NCBI GenBank assembly: GCA_964005815.1
Contig: CAXFSR010000003.1
Span: forward strand, 1-59,213
Source: an uncultured Nitrospinaceae bacterium
Lineage (GTDB): Bacteria; UBA8248
Direction: 5' to 3'
DNA: 59,213 nucleotides
Part shown: positions 19,917 through 29,769 of the stretch, piece by piece
How the letters are laid out: every line of letters starts with the position of its first letter
Position numbering within the stretch: the first letter of the stretch is position 1
Made by a program: the position numbers and the translations under genes
Notes under the pieces: model-generated
Told to the model about the DNA's origin: nothing
Seen by the model: only the letters and a program-made list of their open reading frames with translations
Databases searched by the model: none

Positions 19917-21107
19917 TTAAATTTTTTCTACTTCTAAACTTACTTTATTTGTTCTTGAAATTTCTCCTAGAGCTAATTCAATTTCTTCTATTACCCATTC
20001 GTCTTTTTCAACCGTTAATCTGTCTTCTAGTGAAAATCTGATCCAATTCTCATTTTCTTTTTTTGCAATTTCAGCTATTGCCCAAGCAGAGTGGCCTCTG
20101 ATTAAAGGATAACGATGACGTAAAGTTTTTCTTAGTATGTTCAAGTATTCTTTTTTTTGAGAGTTTCCCATAGCAATAAGGACATTTCTCAAAAAACCAT
20201 CATATTTTGCGCGTAGAATAGCAGTTCCTTGAAATTTTTCTCTAAAACTTTTTTCATCTAATTGTATGAGTTTTTCTAGATTTGTATCTTCTGTCTTGGG
20301 CCTTGGTAAAAACCTGTTTTGTTGTGTTTCTGGAGCTTTTTCATTCCAAGGACATACAATCTGGCAAATGTCACAACCGAAAATATGATTTCCCATCATC
20401 GTACGTAAGTGTCTTGGAATCGGACCACGCAATTCAATTGTTAAATATGAGATACATCGTCTAGCATCCACAATTTCGGGTGCAATAATGGCCTCAGTAG
20501 GACATTTTTCTATACATTCTACGCATGTTCCACAATGATTTTCTTTAAATGGATTGGAGTTCGGAATTTCTTTATTTAAAAGAAGTACTCCAAGAAAGAA
20601 ATAACTACCGAGAACTCTATTTAAAAGTAAAGAATTTTTTCCTTTCCATCCTAATCCAGCTTTGACGGCAAGATCTCTTTCAAGGATAGGTGCAGTATCA
20701 ACGAAACTTCTGCCCTCTATTGAGTTATCTGACTCTTTTAATTCTTTAAGTATTCTTAATAGTCTTTTTTTTATAAATTTATGGTAGTCACCACCTTGGG
20801 CATATTCGGCAATTTTTCCATAATTACTGGAAGAAGAAAGTTTAGTGTTTTTTTTGTTAGACTTGTATTGTATTCCGACAACAAGGGCAGACTTTGTGTT
20901 TGGCCAGAGTTTCTCCAAATTAGAACGTAATTCTGAATTTTTCTTTAAATATTCCATTTCCCCCGCATAACCTTTGTTTATCCAAGACAAATAGCGTAGA
21001 TGTTCCTTTTTTAATGAAATAGAAGCAATACCAGATATTTCAAATCCATGTTTTTTAGATAGAATCTGACATTTTTCATATAGTGATTTAGTTGTAATTT
21101 TAGTCAC
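19917..21107 (-). CDS. queG: tRNA epoxyqueuosine reductase
   Basis: GYAGEMEYL, YAQGGDYH, VDTAPILER, CGTCVECIEKCPT, RCISYLTIE, GCDICQIVCPWN; HEAT-like tail. Confidence 0.95.
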   Translation of the reverse strand: MTKITTKSLYEKCQILSKKHGFEISGIASISLKKEHLRYLSWINKGYAGEMEYLKKNSELRSNLEKLWPNTKSALVVGIQYKSNKKNTKLSSSSNYGKIAEYAQGGDYHKFIKKRLLRILKELKESDNSIEGRSFVDTAPILERDLAVKAGLGWKGKNSLLLNRVLGSYFFLGVLLLNKEIPNSNPFKENHCGTCVECIEKCPTEAIIAPEIVDARRCISYLTIELRGPIPRHLRTMMGNHIFGCDICQIVCPWNEKAPETQQNRFLPRPKTEDTNLEKLIQLDEKSFREKFQGTAILRAKYDGFLRNVLIAMGNSQKKEYLNILRKTLRHRYPLIRGHSAWAIAEIAKKENENWIRFSLEDRLTVEKDEWVIEEIELALGEISRTNKVSLEVEKI

Positions 21108-21259
21108 TTTTCTCTACCAGTTTGAAAGTTAAATTAGTTCTTTTGTAAAAAAAGAGTAAAGAATAAAAAAAAGTTATTTCAAAGATATTGAATAGCGATG
21201 TATATTCTGTCAATAAGAAATTTATGCGCATATAATATTTTATCTGGTGGGCTTTTGAC

Positions 21260-21952
21260 TTGAATCTATTAAAGAATAAATCTTTTCTTCTTATAATTTT
21301 AATTTTAATAGTTGGACTTCTCCTTCTTTTCAGAAATGAGTTCTATTCTCTCTGTATTTTTTTAATAGAGTTACAAGAGCATAAAGAAACTTTACGCGCG
21401 TGGATTTCATCTTACGGATTCTGGGGCCCATTTATTTTTATTGGGATTCAGATATCTCAAGTTATACTCTCTCCAGTACCTGGGGAATTGACTGGTTTGT
21501 TGGGAGGATATCTCTATGGAGCTTGGTTATCTTCTATCTACAGCACTATTGGGCTTACAATTGGAAGTTGGATAGCTTTTATGCTAGGACGAATGCTCGG
21601 AAGAGCCTATATAAAAAAGGTAGTTTCTAAAAAGCTTTTACAAAAATTTGATTTTTTAACGACCAATAGAGGTTCTACTATAGTTTTTATTCTTTTTCTA
21701 ATTCCTGGTTTTCCAAAAGATATTATGTGTTTTCTTCTTGGCCTTAGTCCAATTAATACAGTTACTTTTACTCTATTGGCTTTTATAGGAAGAATTCCCG
21801 GAACCGTTATGCTAAGTCTTCAAGGTGCGAGTTTTTATGATGAAGAATATACAGTTTTTATATCTTTAATAATTTTATCTGCAATTCTTATTTTAGTTAT
21901 TTATATTTTTTCAGATGCTATTCAAAATTTTCTTAAAAAAAAGGCTAAGTAA
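21260..21952 (+). CDS. TVP38/TMEM64 (DedA/SNARE-associated) membrane protein
   Basis: QVILSPVPGE..G..GG.LYG, LIPGFPKD, GRIPG. Confidence 0.88.
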   Translation: MNLLKNKSFLLIILILIVGLLLLFRNEFYSLCIFLIELQEHKETLRAWISSYGFWGPFIFIGIQISQVILSPVPGELTGLLGGYLYGAWLSSIYSTIGLTIGSWIAFMLGRMLGRAYIKKVVSKKLLQKFDFLTTNRGSTIVFILFLIPGFPKDIMCFLLGLSPINTVTFTLLAFIGRIPGTVMLSLQGASFYDEEYTVFISLIILSAILILVIYIFSDAIQNFLKKKAK

Positions 21953-22832
21953 GACTTAAGTATAAAATTAATAATGGAGTCGTAATTAAGCTAAAAATCG
22001 TTCCAGTAAAGACAATCGATGCAGCGATTCTTCCTTCTTCCGTATATCGTTCTGCGAAAACGTAATTTAGAACTGCAGGTGGGCTACACGAAACTAAAAA
22101 AATGCATGCTCTCAATATTTTATTCATTGAGAAAAATTCTGTCAGGAAGAATGCCGTAGCAAATCCTATTGTGAATCTAAGAAACGAAACTAATAGACTA
22201 ATTTTAACGTCCGAGATTCTTATATCACGAAGTCTATATCCTAAAGCAAAAAGTTCAAGAGGAAACATGCCACGGCCAGTCATTTGTGCAAATTTTTCAA
22301 TAAATATGGGAACTGGGAATTTGAAAATTGCAATGAAGATTCCAAGTATAGAAGCATATAAAACAGGCATTTTAAAAGGTTCTTTTAAATTTGATCTTCC
22401 TCCATAGATAATAATGCCAATGGTAAAAGTTACAAAAATCTGTGGAATTGATAAAAGGACAACTTGAGAAAGCCCTTCTTCTCCAAAAGCTAAAAAGGCA
22501 AGAGGAAATGGCAGAGAAACTGAATTCATAATCATTATTGTAGGGACGAAAACAGAACTTTTTATTTTTAGAATTCTTTTTAATAATGCGGCTATAAATC
22601 CTGGTATTAAAAGGATAGAAAGAGAAAAAAAGCATATTGCGAAGATGTTTTGAATATCAAGGTTTTGAGTGGAAAGAGTATGAAAAATTAAAGCTGGCGC
22701 TAAAAGAAATAAAACGATATCCGTTAGTGTTTTAGGGTTAATCTTTTTTTTAGCACCGTACAAAAAACCTATTGCAAGCAGAATAATAACTGGCAAGGTA
22801 ACGTTTAAAATGTATAGGAAGTTTTTCACCAT
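21945..22832 (-). CDS. AEC family transporter
   Basis: About 10 TMs; PALIF, NSVSLPFPL, PPAVLNYVFAERY, TTPL. Confidence 0.85.
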   Translation of the reverse strand: MVKNFLYILNVTLPVIILLAIGFLYGAKKKINPKTLTDIVLFLLAPALIFHTLSTQNLDIQNIFAICFFSLSILLIPGFIAALLKRILKIKSSVFVPTIMIMNSVSLPFPLAFLAFGEEGLSQVVLLSIPQIFVTFTIGIIIYGGRSNLKEPFKMPVLYASILGIFIAIFKFPVPIFIEKFAQMTGRGMFPLELFALGYRLRDIRISDVKISLLVSFLRFTIGFATAFFLTEFFSMNKILRACIFLVSCSPPAVLNYVFAERYTEEGRIAASIVFTGTIFSLITTPLLILYLSLT

Positions 22833-22953
22833 TCATCACTTTTTAATAAAATTTGAATTAATTTCTACTGATTAAGAGTATCTATAGTGAATATTTTCAT
22901 AATTTAGAACAGAATTAAATTTATATTTCATTTTTTTTTATTTGGAGACTCTT

Positions 22954-23376
22954 ATGCTTGAAATAGATCATATTGGGTATGCTGTAAACAATGCAGATGA
23001 AAAAAAAACGTTGATGAATGATTTGCTTGGTTTTGATTTCCTTGAAAGAATTGTTTATGAAAGAGAAGAAGGAACATCAAAACTGGATTTTTATGAGACA
23101 AAAAATGGAGTAATTGAACTCGTAGAAGTAGATAATCCAAAGGCATCAATTAATGAATTTATCAGAAGTAGTGGAGAAGGCTTTCATCATATTTGTTTTA
23201 AAGTTGAAAATATTCGATCTACAATTGCAGAATGGAAATCGAAGGGAGTTAAATTTTCAGTTGAACCTCCAAGATATGGTTCTCGCGGAGGTTTTATCAC
23301 CTTCACTGAAAAGGAAACTACTGGTGGATTAGCTATTGAGTTAATTGAATATAAAAAGAATGATTCTAATTCATAA
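22954..23376 (+). CDS. VOC family protein (methylmalonyl-CoA epimerase-like)
   Basis: IDHIGYAV, IELVE, GEGFHHICFKVENI, GGLAIELIE; GGAG RBS before ATG 22954. Confidence 0.85.
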   Translation: MLEIDHIGYAVNNADEKKTLMNDLLGFDFLERIVYEREEGTSKLDFYETKNGVIELVEVDNPKASINEFIRSSGEGFHHICFKVENIRSTIAEWKSKGVKFSVEPPRYGSRGGFITFTEKETTGGLAIELIEYKKNDSNS

Positions 23377-23385
23377 GTTTAATTT

Positions 23386-24372
23386 TTAAAAGAAATCCTT
23401 AATTTTTTGAAGAGATGCTGGGATATCTATATCCCAATGTTTGTTGGAACCTGCCCCAGTGTGTGGGAGTAAAACTACATTATCTAAATTTATTAAAGGA
23501 CTAGAACTAGGCAAAGGTTCTATCTCGTAAACGTCTAATCCGGCCATTTTAATTTCTTTTGTCCTAAGTGCTTCAATAAGTTCAGATTCTTGTACTAAAC
23601 CGCCTCGACCAACATTAATTAAGGTTGCACTTCTTTTCATAAGGCCAAATTCTTTTTTCCCTATTAAACCTTCTGTTTCTTCTGTGTGTGGGACTACTAA
23701 AACTAAATAATCTACTTTTTGTATTAGTTCATTGAATGAAGAAAAAGAAGCAGAATAAAGGGTTTCAGTTTCAGGAGTGTGTCTTGTTCTTTGAAAGTAA
23801 GAAATTTCCATACCGAAAGAGTGGCATCTTTTGGCTATTTCCATTCCAATATCACCAAGACCAACAATTCCAACACTGGAACCATAGACTTCTGAAATTC
23901 CTGGTAATTCTGGCCAATTTGGTTGAATATTCCATTGGCTAGTTTTAATTGGTTGGATCTTTTTATCTAAATAGACAGCATTTTTTACGCTTGTATGGCC
24001 AGGAATTAATTTCCTTGCGCAAGCTATAATTAATGCGAGCGCTTGTTCTGCTACTGTTACATTTCTAAGAAGTGTCTGGGTTGAAATGGTTACATTTTTT
24101 TCACGAGCGGCATCTATATCAATGTTTTTACAGTTCAATCCATGTTTTTGTATAAATTTTAGAGATTTAGAATTTGATATTACTTGATGAGAAATGTTTG
24201 CTTGATAGCATAATATAGCGTCTACATTTTCGGCCAGTTTAATTAAAGAATCCTCATCCTCAGTTTCAGGATAAGAAATTTCAAAAAAATTTTCATCAAT
24301 CCTATCAAGGACTCTTGGTAAGAATTTTCCCGATGCACTGTCAGCAATTAATAATTTGGGTTTTGAATGCAT
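23386..24372 (-). CDS. D-isomer-specific 2-hydroxyacid dehydrogenase
   Basis: VAEQAL, GIVGLGDIG, LINVGRG, AGLDVYEIEP, LPHTG. Confidence 0.9.
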   Translation of the reverse strand: MHSKPKLLIADSASGKFLPRVLDRIDENFFEISYPETEDEDSLIKLAENVDAILCYQANISHQVISNSKSLKFIQKHGLNCKNIDIDAAREKNVTISTQTLLRNVTVAEQALALIIACARKLIPGHTSVKNAVYLDKKIQPIKTSQWNIQPNWPELPGISEVYGSSVGIVGLGDIGMEIAKRCHSFGMEISYFQRTRHTPETETLYSASFSSFNELIQKVDYLVLVVPHTEETEGLIGKKEFGLMKRSATLINVGRGGLVQESELIEALRTKEIKMAGLDVYEIEPLPSSSPLINLDNVVLLPHTGAGSNKHWDIDIPASLQKIKDFF

Positions 24373-24418
24373 TCTTGCTCCTGTATAAAGGATCCTAATA
24401 TTTTTTAAAATTTCAGGA

Positions 24419-24937
24419 ATGACAATGAACTCTATCTTTTTGACATTTAAGAATCAATTTATAAAGTTCATTTGTCTATTTTATTTAGTTTTTCTAGTTT
24501 CTTGTGCGCATACAGATTTGTATAGTCCTAGTTCTCCAAGTATTAACAGTCTAAGTAAAAGTTTGAGATTGTATGAAAAAACGATCTTTGCAAAAAAATA
24601 TTTTTTCCTACTTGAAACCTTTTACCTGAAAGAACATTCAGAACAACTAAACAATACATATTCAAACAATATACGTAAATGGCTTGAAAAGAACGAAATA
24701 AGCAAATTCCTTATAAGTAGTTCTTCTGTGGAAAAAATCTTTTTTTGCTCTTTAGCTTATAGAAGAAAAAATACTTCTAATAGATTCTCTCCTCAGTTCA
24801 TTGTTTACTATAATTTGCAATCAATACCTTGTATTTACGTTAATTCCAAAGATGCTTTGATATATCATTCTGGACAGATGGAATGGGGATATGAGCATAA
24901 GAAAAAACGTTGGATTCACTTGCGTAAACTTGATTGA
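24419..24937 (+). CDS. Hypothetical lipoprotein
   Basis: Fills the gap between genes; lipobox-like LVSC after a hydrophobic stretch; no recognised domain. Confidence 0.55.
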   Translation: MTMNSIFLTFKNQFIKFICLFYLVFLVSCAHTDLYSPSSPSINSLSKSLRLYEKTIFAKKYFFLLETFYLKEHSEQLNNTYSNNIRKWLEKNEISKFLISSSSVEKIFFCSLAYRRKNTSNRFSPQFIVYYNLQSIPCIYVNSKDALIYHSGQMEWGYEHKKKRWIHLRKLD

Positions 24938-24945
24938 AATTAATC

Positions 24946-26409
24946 TTATTTGGAGAGTTGTTCTTCCAAAATCTTTTGTAATGTTTTTGGATTAGCTTTT
25001 CCCTGAGTTTCCTTCATTACTTGACCAACGAAGAAACCTAATAGTTTATGTTTTCCGCCTTTATATTCTCGAACTTCATCAGTGTTTTCATTTAGTATTT
25101 TAGTAACAATTTCTTCTAATGAATCTAAATCTGAAATTTGTCTTAATCCCTTTTCCTCAACAATTTTTTGCGCATTCTTCCCTGATTTTGCCATTTCTGA
25201 AAAAACTTCTTTAGCAATTTTTCCGCTTATTGTTCCGTCTATAATAAGAGCAATCATTTCTGCTAAATAATCAGGTGTGATTGGACATTCTTCAATTGAG
25301 ATCTTTCTTTCGTTTAATAGTCCAAGAATATCCCCCATTATCCAATTGCTAGCTAATTTAACATCCTTAAGTTCAAAAGATTCAACTGTTTTTTCGAAGT
25401 AATCGGCAAGTGCAATCTCTGAAGTTAAAACTTCCGAATCATAGTCAGGTAATTGGTAATTATTTACAAATCGTTCTCTTTTTGCGTCAGGTAACTCTGG
25501 TAAAGTTTTTTTAATTTCTTCGATCCATCCTTGATCTATTTCTAAGGGAACTAAGTCCGGGTCAGGAAAATAACGATAGTCATGAGCGTACTCTTTAGTT
25601 CTCATATTTCTAGTGACCCCAGAAGATTCATCCCAAAGTCTTGTCTCTTGTAAAATAACTTGGTTGTCATCTAGGAGTTCAGATTGTCTCAGTTCTTCGT
25701 ATTCTAAGGCTTTCCTAAGACTTCTAAAAGAATTGACATTTTTAATTTCAACTTTAGATCCAAAAGATTTTTCACCTAAGTTTCGAATAGAAATATTTGC
25801 ATCACATCTAAGGCTTCCTTCTTGCATATTTCCATCACAAATATCTAAATATCTTACCAAGGTTCTTAATTTTCTTGCATATAGCTCAGCATCTTCAGGA
25901 CTACGGAGTTCTGGTTCAGATACGATTTCTAGAAGTGGCACTCCCGCACGATTAAAATCTACCAATGAGCCTACATTTTTCAATGATTCATCATCATGAA
26001 TTAATTTTCCGGCATCTTCTTCCATATGAATTCTGGTGAGTCTAATAATAATTTCTTCATTTTTTCTTGTTAGAAAGGAAATCTCTCCTCCTTCACAAAT
26101 AGGACTTTCATATTGGCTAATTTGGTAACCCTTAGGTAGGTCTGGATAAAAGTAATGTTTTCTTGCAAATCTACAGTTTTCTGATATTTTTGCACCAACC
26201 GCTAAACCTAATTTAATAGAACTTTCTACAACTTTTTTATTTAGTACAGGAAGAACACCGGGTAGTCCCAAATCTATGGTACAAGTGTGCTCATTTGGAT
26301 TTGCTCCAAAGGATGCATCAGAACCACAAAAAATTTTACTTTTTGTTTTTAGTTGGGCATGTACTTCAAGGCCAATTACAGTTTCATATTTCAACGATTT
26401 TCCTTCCAT
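24946..26409 (-). CDS. gatB: Asp/Glu-tRNA amidotransferase subunit B
   Basis: IGLEVHAQL, YFYPDLPKGYQISQ, HMEEDAGK, LRCDANIS, DYRYFPDPDL. Confidence 0.98.
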   Translation of the reverse strand: MEGKSLKYETVIGLEVHAQLKTKSKIFCGSDASFGANPNEHTCTIDLGLPGVLPVLNKKVVESSIKLGLAVGAKISENCRFARKHYFYPDLPKGYQISQYESPICEGGEISFLTRKNEEIIIRLTRIHMEEDAGKLIHDDESLKNVGSLVDFNRAGVPLLEIVSEPELRSPEDAELYARKLRTLVRYLDICDGNMQEGSLRCDANISIRNLGEKSFGSKVEIKNVNSFRSLRKALEYEELRQSELLDDNQVILQETRLWDESSGVTRNMRTKEYAHDYRYFPDPDLVPLEIDQGWIEEIKKTLPELPDAKRERFVNNYQLPDYDSEVLTSEIALADYFEKTVESFELKDVKLASNWIMGDILGLLNERKISIEECPITPDYLAEMIALIIDGTISGKIAKEVFSEMAKSGKNAQKIVEEKGLRQISDLDSLEEIVTKILNENTDEVREYKGGKHKLLGFFVGQVMKETQGKANPKTLQKILEEQLSK

Positions 26410-26411
26410 AC

Positions 26412-27884
26412 CTAAAGAGAGCTAGTTTTTAAATAAAATTTTGTTTCTTTTTCAAAGGCATACGCACCTCTCAAAACCTCTTCTTCATCGAATGGCTTTC
26501 CAATGAGTTGAAGTCCGATTGGAAGTCCAGATGAAGTTGTTCCGTTTTGTATACTAATTCCAGGCAACCCAGCAATATTACAGGGTATGGTAAGAATATC
26601 TGAAAGGTACATACTTAGTGGGTCATTTAATTTTTCCCCTATTTTAAACGCCGGTGTTGGTGTAGTTGCTGATAAAATGAGATCTACTTTTTTGAACGCA
26701 TCCTCAAAATCTTCACAAACAAGAGTTCTCGTTTTTAAGGCTTTTGTATAATACGCATCGTAATATCCTGATGATAATGCGTAGGTCCCCAACATAATTC
26801 TTCTTTTTACTTCTTTTCCAAATCCGCTATCTCTACTTGCTGAGTACATGCCAAAAAGCGAGCCATATTCGGACTCACTTTCTTTCCTCATTCCATATCG
26901 GACTCCATCATAACGAGACAGATTACTGCTAGCTTCAGCAGGGGCTATAATATAATAAATAGGAAGAGCATATTTGGTATGTGGCAAAGAAATACGAATG
27001 ATTTCCGCCCCAAGAGATTCCATAGTTTTAATCGCATCATTTGTTGCTTCTTTAATTTCTGGGTCCATTCCATCAATAAAATATTCATCCGGAATGCCTA
27101 TTTTCAAATCTTTAATTCCTCGGTCAATATTTTCGAGAAAATTAGGCACTCGTTTTTTTGATGAAGTGGAATCTTTTAAATCATGTCCAGAAATAGCAGA
27201 TAAAATAATAGCGCAGTCTTCTACATTTCTCGTGAGTGGTCCGATTTGGTCTAATGAACTTGCAAATGCTATTAACCCGTATCTAGAAACTCTTCCGTAA
27301 GTAGGTTTCATTCCAACTACTCCACAACAAGCTGCGGGTTGTCTGATAGAACCTCCTGTGTCAGATCCAAGAGATGCAACACAAGAATATGCTGCAACAG
27401 AAGCAGCAGAACCACCACTACTTCCTCCAGGAACATGTTCTAAGTTCCAAGGGTTATGGGTAGGGCCAAATGCGCTATGTTCACATGATGAACCCATCGC
27501 AAATTCGTCCATATTTAATTTTCCTAGAATTACAGATCCTGCATTTTTAAGTTTTGTAACTACAGTAGCATCGTAGGGAGAGACAAAATTTTCTAAAATC
27601 TTTGAGCCTGCAGTTGTCTTTGTACCTTGCATACATAATAGATCTTTAATTGCGATTGGAATTCCTTGCAGGGGAGAAGAGACGTTATTTTCTTTAAACT
27701 TTTTGTCTGCTATTTGTGCCGTATTTATTGCATCATCTTCAAGTATAGATAAATAAGCATGCACTCTTTCATCTGTTTCTTTTATTCTTTCAAGATATGC
27801 CTTAGTTACCTCTTCTGAAGACAAAGAACGATTCTTTAATCTTTCGCTTAATTCTAAAATAGAAAATGATAAAAGCTCTTGCAT
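26412..27884 (-). CDS. gatA: Asp/Glu-tRNA amidotransferase subunit A
   Basis: Amidase signature [40 protein letters not shown]. Confidence 0.98.
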   Translation of the reverse strand: MQELLSFSILELSERLKNRSLSSEEVTKAYLERIKETDERVHAYLSILEDDAINTAQIADKKFKENNVSSPLQGIPIAIKDLLCMQGTKTTAGSKILENFVSPYDATVVTKLKNAGSVILGKLNMDEFAMGSSCEHSAFGPTHNPWNLEHVPGGSSGGSAASVAAYSCVASLGSDTGGSIRQPAACCGVVGMKPTYGRVSRYGLIAFASSLDQIGPLTRNVEDCAIILSAISGHDLKDSTSSKKRVPNFLENIDRGIKDLKIGIPDEYFIDGMDPEIKEATNDAIKTMESLGAEIIRISLPHTKYALPIYYIIAPAEASSNLSRYDGVRYGMRKESESEYGSLFGMYSASRDSGFGKEVKRRIMLGTYALSSGYYDAYYTKALKTRTLVCEDFEDAFKKVDLILSATTPTPAFKIGEKLNDPLSMYLSDILTIPCNIAGLPGISIQNGTTSSGLPIGLQLIGKPFDEEEVLRGAYAFEKETKFYLKTSSL

Positions 27885-27917
27885 GAAGGTTCCATTTATT
27901 TTTTTAAATTTAGAAAT

Positions 27918-28667
27918 TTATTTTTTCTGCATTAAAAAGGTAACATATTCTAGGGATTCTTTACCGCCTCCACTATGATACATTTCTAATTCTTTTTTCC
28001 ATTCATCAAAGTATTTTTTTTCGATAAGAGAAATATTTCTTTCGCTCTTTATATCTAAAAGAGTTAAAGCTTGAGATGAATAAAATATCTCCCAACTTTT
28101 TTTATCTTCAATAAAAGTTTTTTTTACAGAAAATCCTAGTCCTTCGTAGCATTTTATAGACTCTTCTATAGTTTTTAATTCTATATTTTTATTAAGATTT
28201 TTAATCCAATTTCTGAGTTCTTCTTTTAAATTGAACTCCTTCTCATCTCTAATAACGGTTTTAGAAATTGAAATCCAACCATTTAGAACTGTAAAAGGAG
28301 CGACTTTTACTAGATATTTGTCAGTTTCGCAAGGAAATGGTGGAGAAAGATAAATTGCAAGATTAAAAAATTTTTCATCAAAAGGTAAATTATTAATATC
28401 TGATTCGATAAAATTCACTTGATGAGTGACATCTTCAAAAAGTGCGCGACGTTTAGCATCTTGTAAGAAGATCGTTCTATTTTCAGTCCCTGTTAATTGT
28501 GAGTGAAAAAAATGAGCTAGTAAAATCGAAACTGCTCCCTTCCCACAGTCTATTTCGAGAATTTCACTTTTGTTGTTTAGTTGGCAATGATTACCAATTT
28601 TTTGTAATGTTTTTGAAGAGATAGGAGAGAGAAATTGGTTATTTTTGAATCGATCAAAGACGTCCAT
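27918..28667 (-). CDS. Class I SAM-dependent methyltransferase-like protein (divergent)
   Basis: ILEIDCGKG motif I, DINNLPF..FNL. Confidence 0.7.
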   Translation of the reverse strand: MDVFDRFKNNQFLSPISSKTLQKIGNHCQLNNKSEILEIDCGKGAVSILLAHFFHSQLTGTENRTIFLQDAKRRALFEDVTHQVNFIESDINNLPFDEKFFNLAIYLSPPFPCETDKYLVKVAPFTVLNGWISISKTVIRDEKEFNLKEELRNWIKNLNKNIELKTIEESIKCYEGLGFSVKKTFIEDKKSWEIFYSSQALTLLDIKSERNISLIEKKYFDEWKKELEMYHSGGGKESLEYVTFLMQKK

Positions 28668-28801
28668 AATTTTTTTTAAACTTTTTCAATTTTAATTCTA
28701 AAAGAGGGACATTCCTATCATATCTAGCATTAATTCTATTGAACTTAACCCTAAAACCAATAAAATAATAAAAGCCAGTAATGCAAAGAGGTTTCTATAA
28801 A

Positions 28802-29758
28802 TCATTTTTGTCTCCCATTTTTTCTTTGATTAACTTTAACATTTTTTTTCTTTGGTCGAGAATTTGATTGCAGTTGAGATTTGCTTATTTGCATCAGTAT
28901 TTTTCCATCTCTAAAAACACTTACGGTTCCAGTTGACTCACTAATTGCAAAGGAAGTTGCAGAACTGACTGACGTTATTCCTGCAGCTGCCATATGTCTT
29001 GAGCCAAGTCCTGGAGGCAGATCTTCTTCTGGTGCTGCATTGAGATGTCTTCCTGCTGCCTCGATGATTCCATCACCTCTTATAATAAATGCCCCATCAA
29101 TCGCACTAAACTCTTTAATTGTTTCTCTTAACCCAGAATCCATAATATTTCTTTGCTCTTCCGGATAACCGTGAAAAGGGTTGATTATAAGTTGTCTTGA
29201 GTATTGTAAGACAAGTTCATGGTCACCTAATACAAATAACGAACCACTGGATTTGCCCTCTCTGCCTTCCGCAGAGAGTTCTAAAGTTAAGGAAAGGATT
29301 GTTTCAAAAACTTTTGGGTCTTCGGTTTTTAAAGAGGATTGAGAAGAAGAAGTTTCAAACATCTCTTCTTCTTTTTCAAGATTGAAAATCATCATCGTGT
29401 CTAATTGTTCTTCAGCAGACAACCCTGATAGACAAACAATAGTCTCTTTATTGGAAATTGCTCTTTCACTTAGGGCAATAACAACTCCCATTTTGATAGC
29501 ATCAACCCTGTTAAGAGAAATTTTTGGCAGTTGAAAGACACGAAATTTCTTTTCAACTAACTGATTAAATATTTCTGATGAAGATGTAGTAAAGAATATT
29601 TTAAATCCAGATGGCAGTTCTTCAAAAATGTCTAAATTGTCGATTGCATCTGCATAAAGAAATAGTGCATCTGCTTGGTTTCTTTCACAAATTTCAAGTG
29701 CCGAAGCAATCATGTCTTTATTTAGGCTTGATATACGCTCTGTAAATATTTCGTTCAA
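28802..29758 (-). CDS. Diadenylate cyclase (DisA_N domain, DacZ-like)
   Basis: EGREGK, KEFSAIDGAFII, GLGSRHMAAAGI, ISESTG. Confidence 0.85.
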   Translation of the reverse strand: MNEIFTERISSLNKDMIASALEICERNQADALFLYADAIDNLDIFEELPSGFKIFFTTSSSEIFNQLVEKKFRVFQLPKISLNRVDAIKMGVVIALSERAISNKETIVCLSGLSAEEQLDTMMIFNLEKEEEMFETSSSQSSLKTEDPKVFETILSLTLELSAEGREGKSSGSLFVLGDHELVLQYSRQLIINPFHGYPEEQRNIMDSGLRETIKEFSAIDGAFIIRGDGIIEAAGRHLNAAPEEDLPPGLGSRHMAAAGITSVSSATSFAISESTGTVSVFRDGKILMQISKSQLQSNSRPKKKNVKVNQRKNGRQK

Positions 29759-29769
29759 AATTGAGTCAC

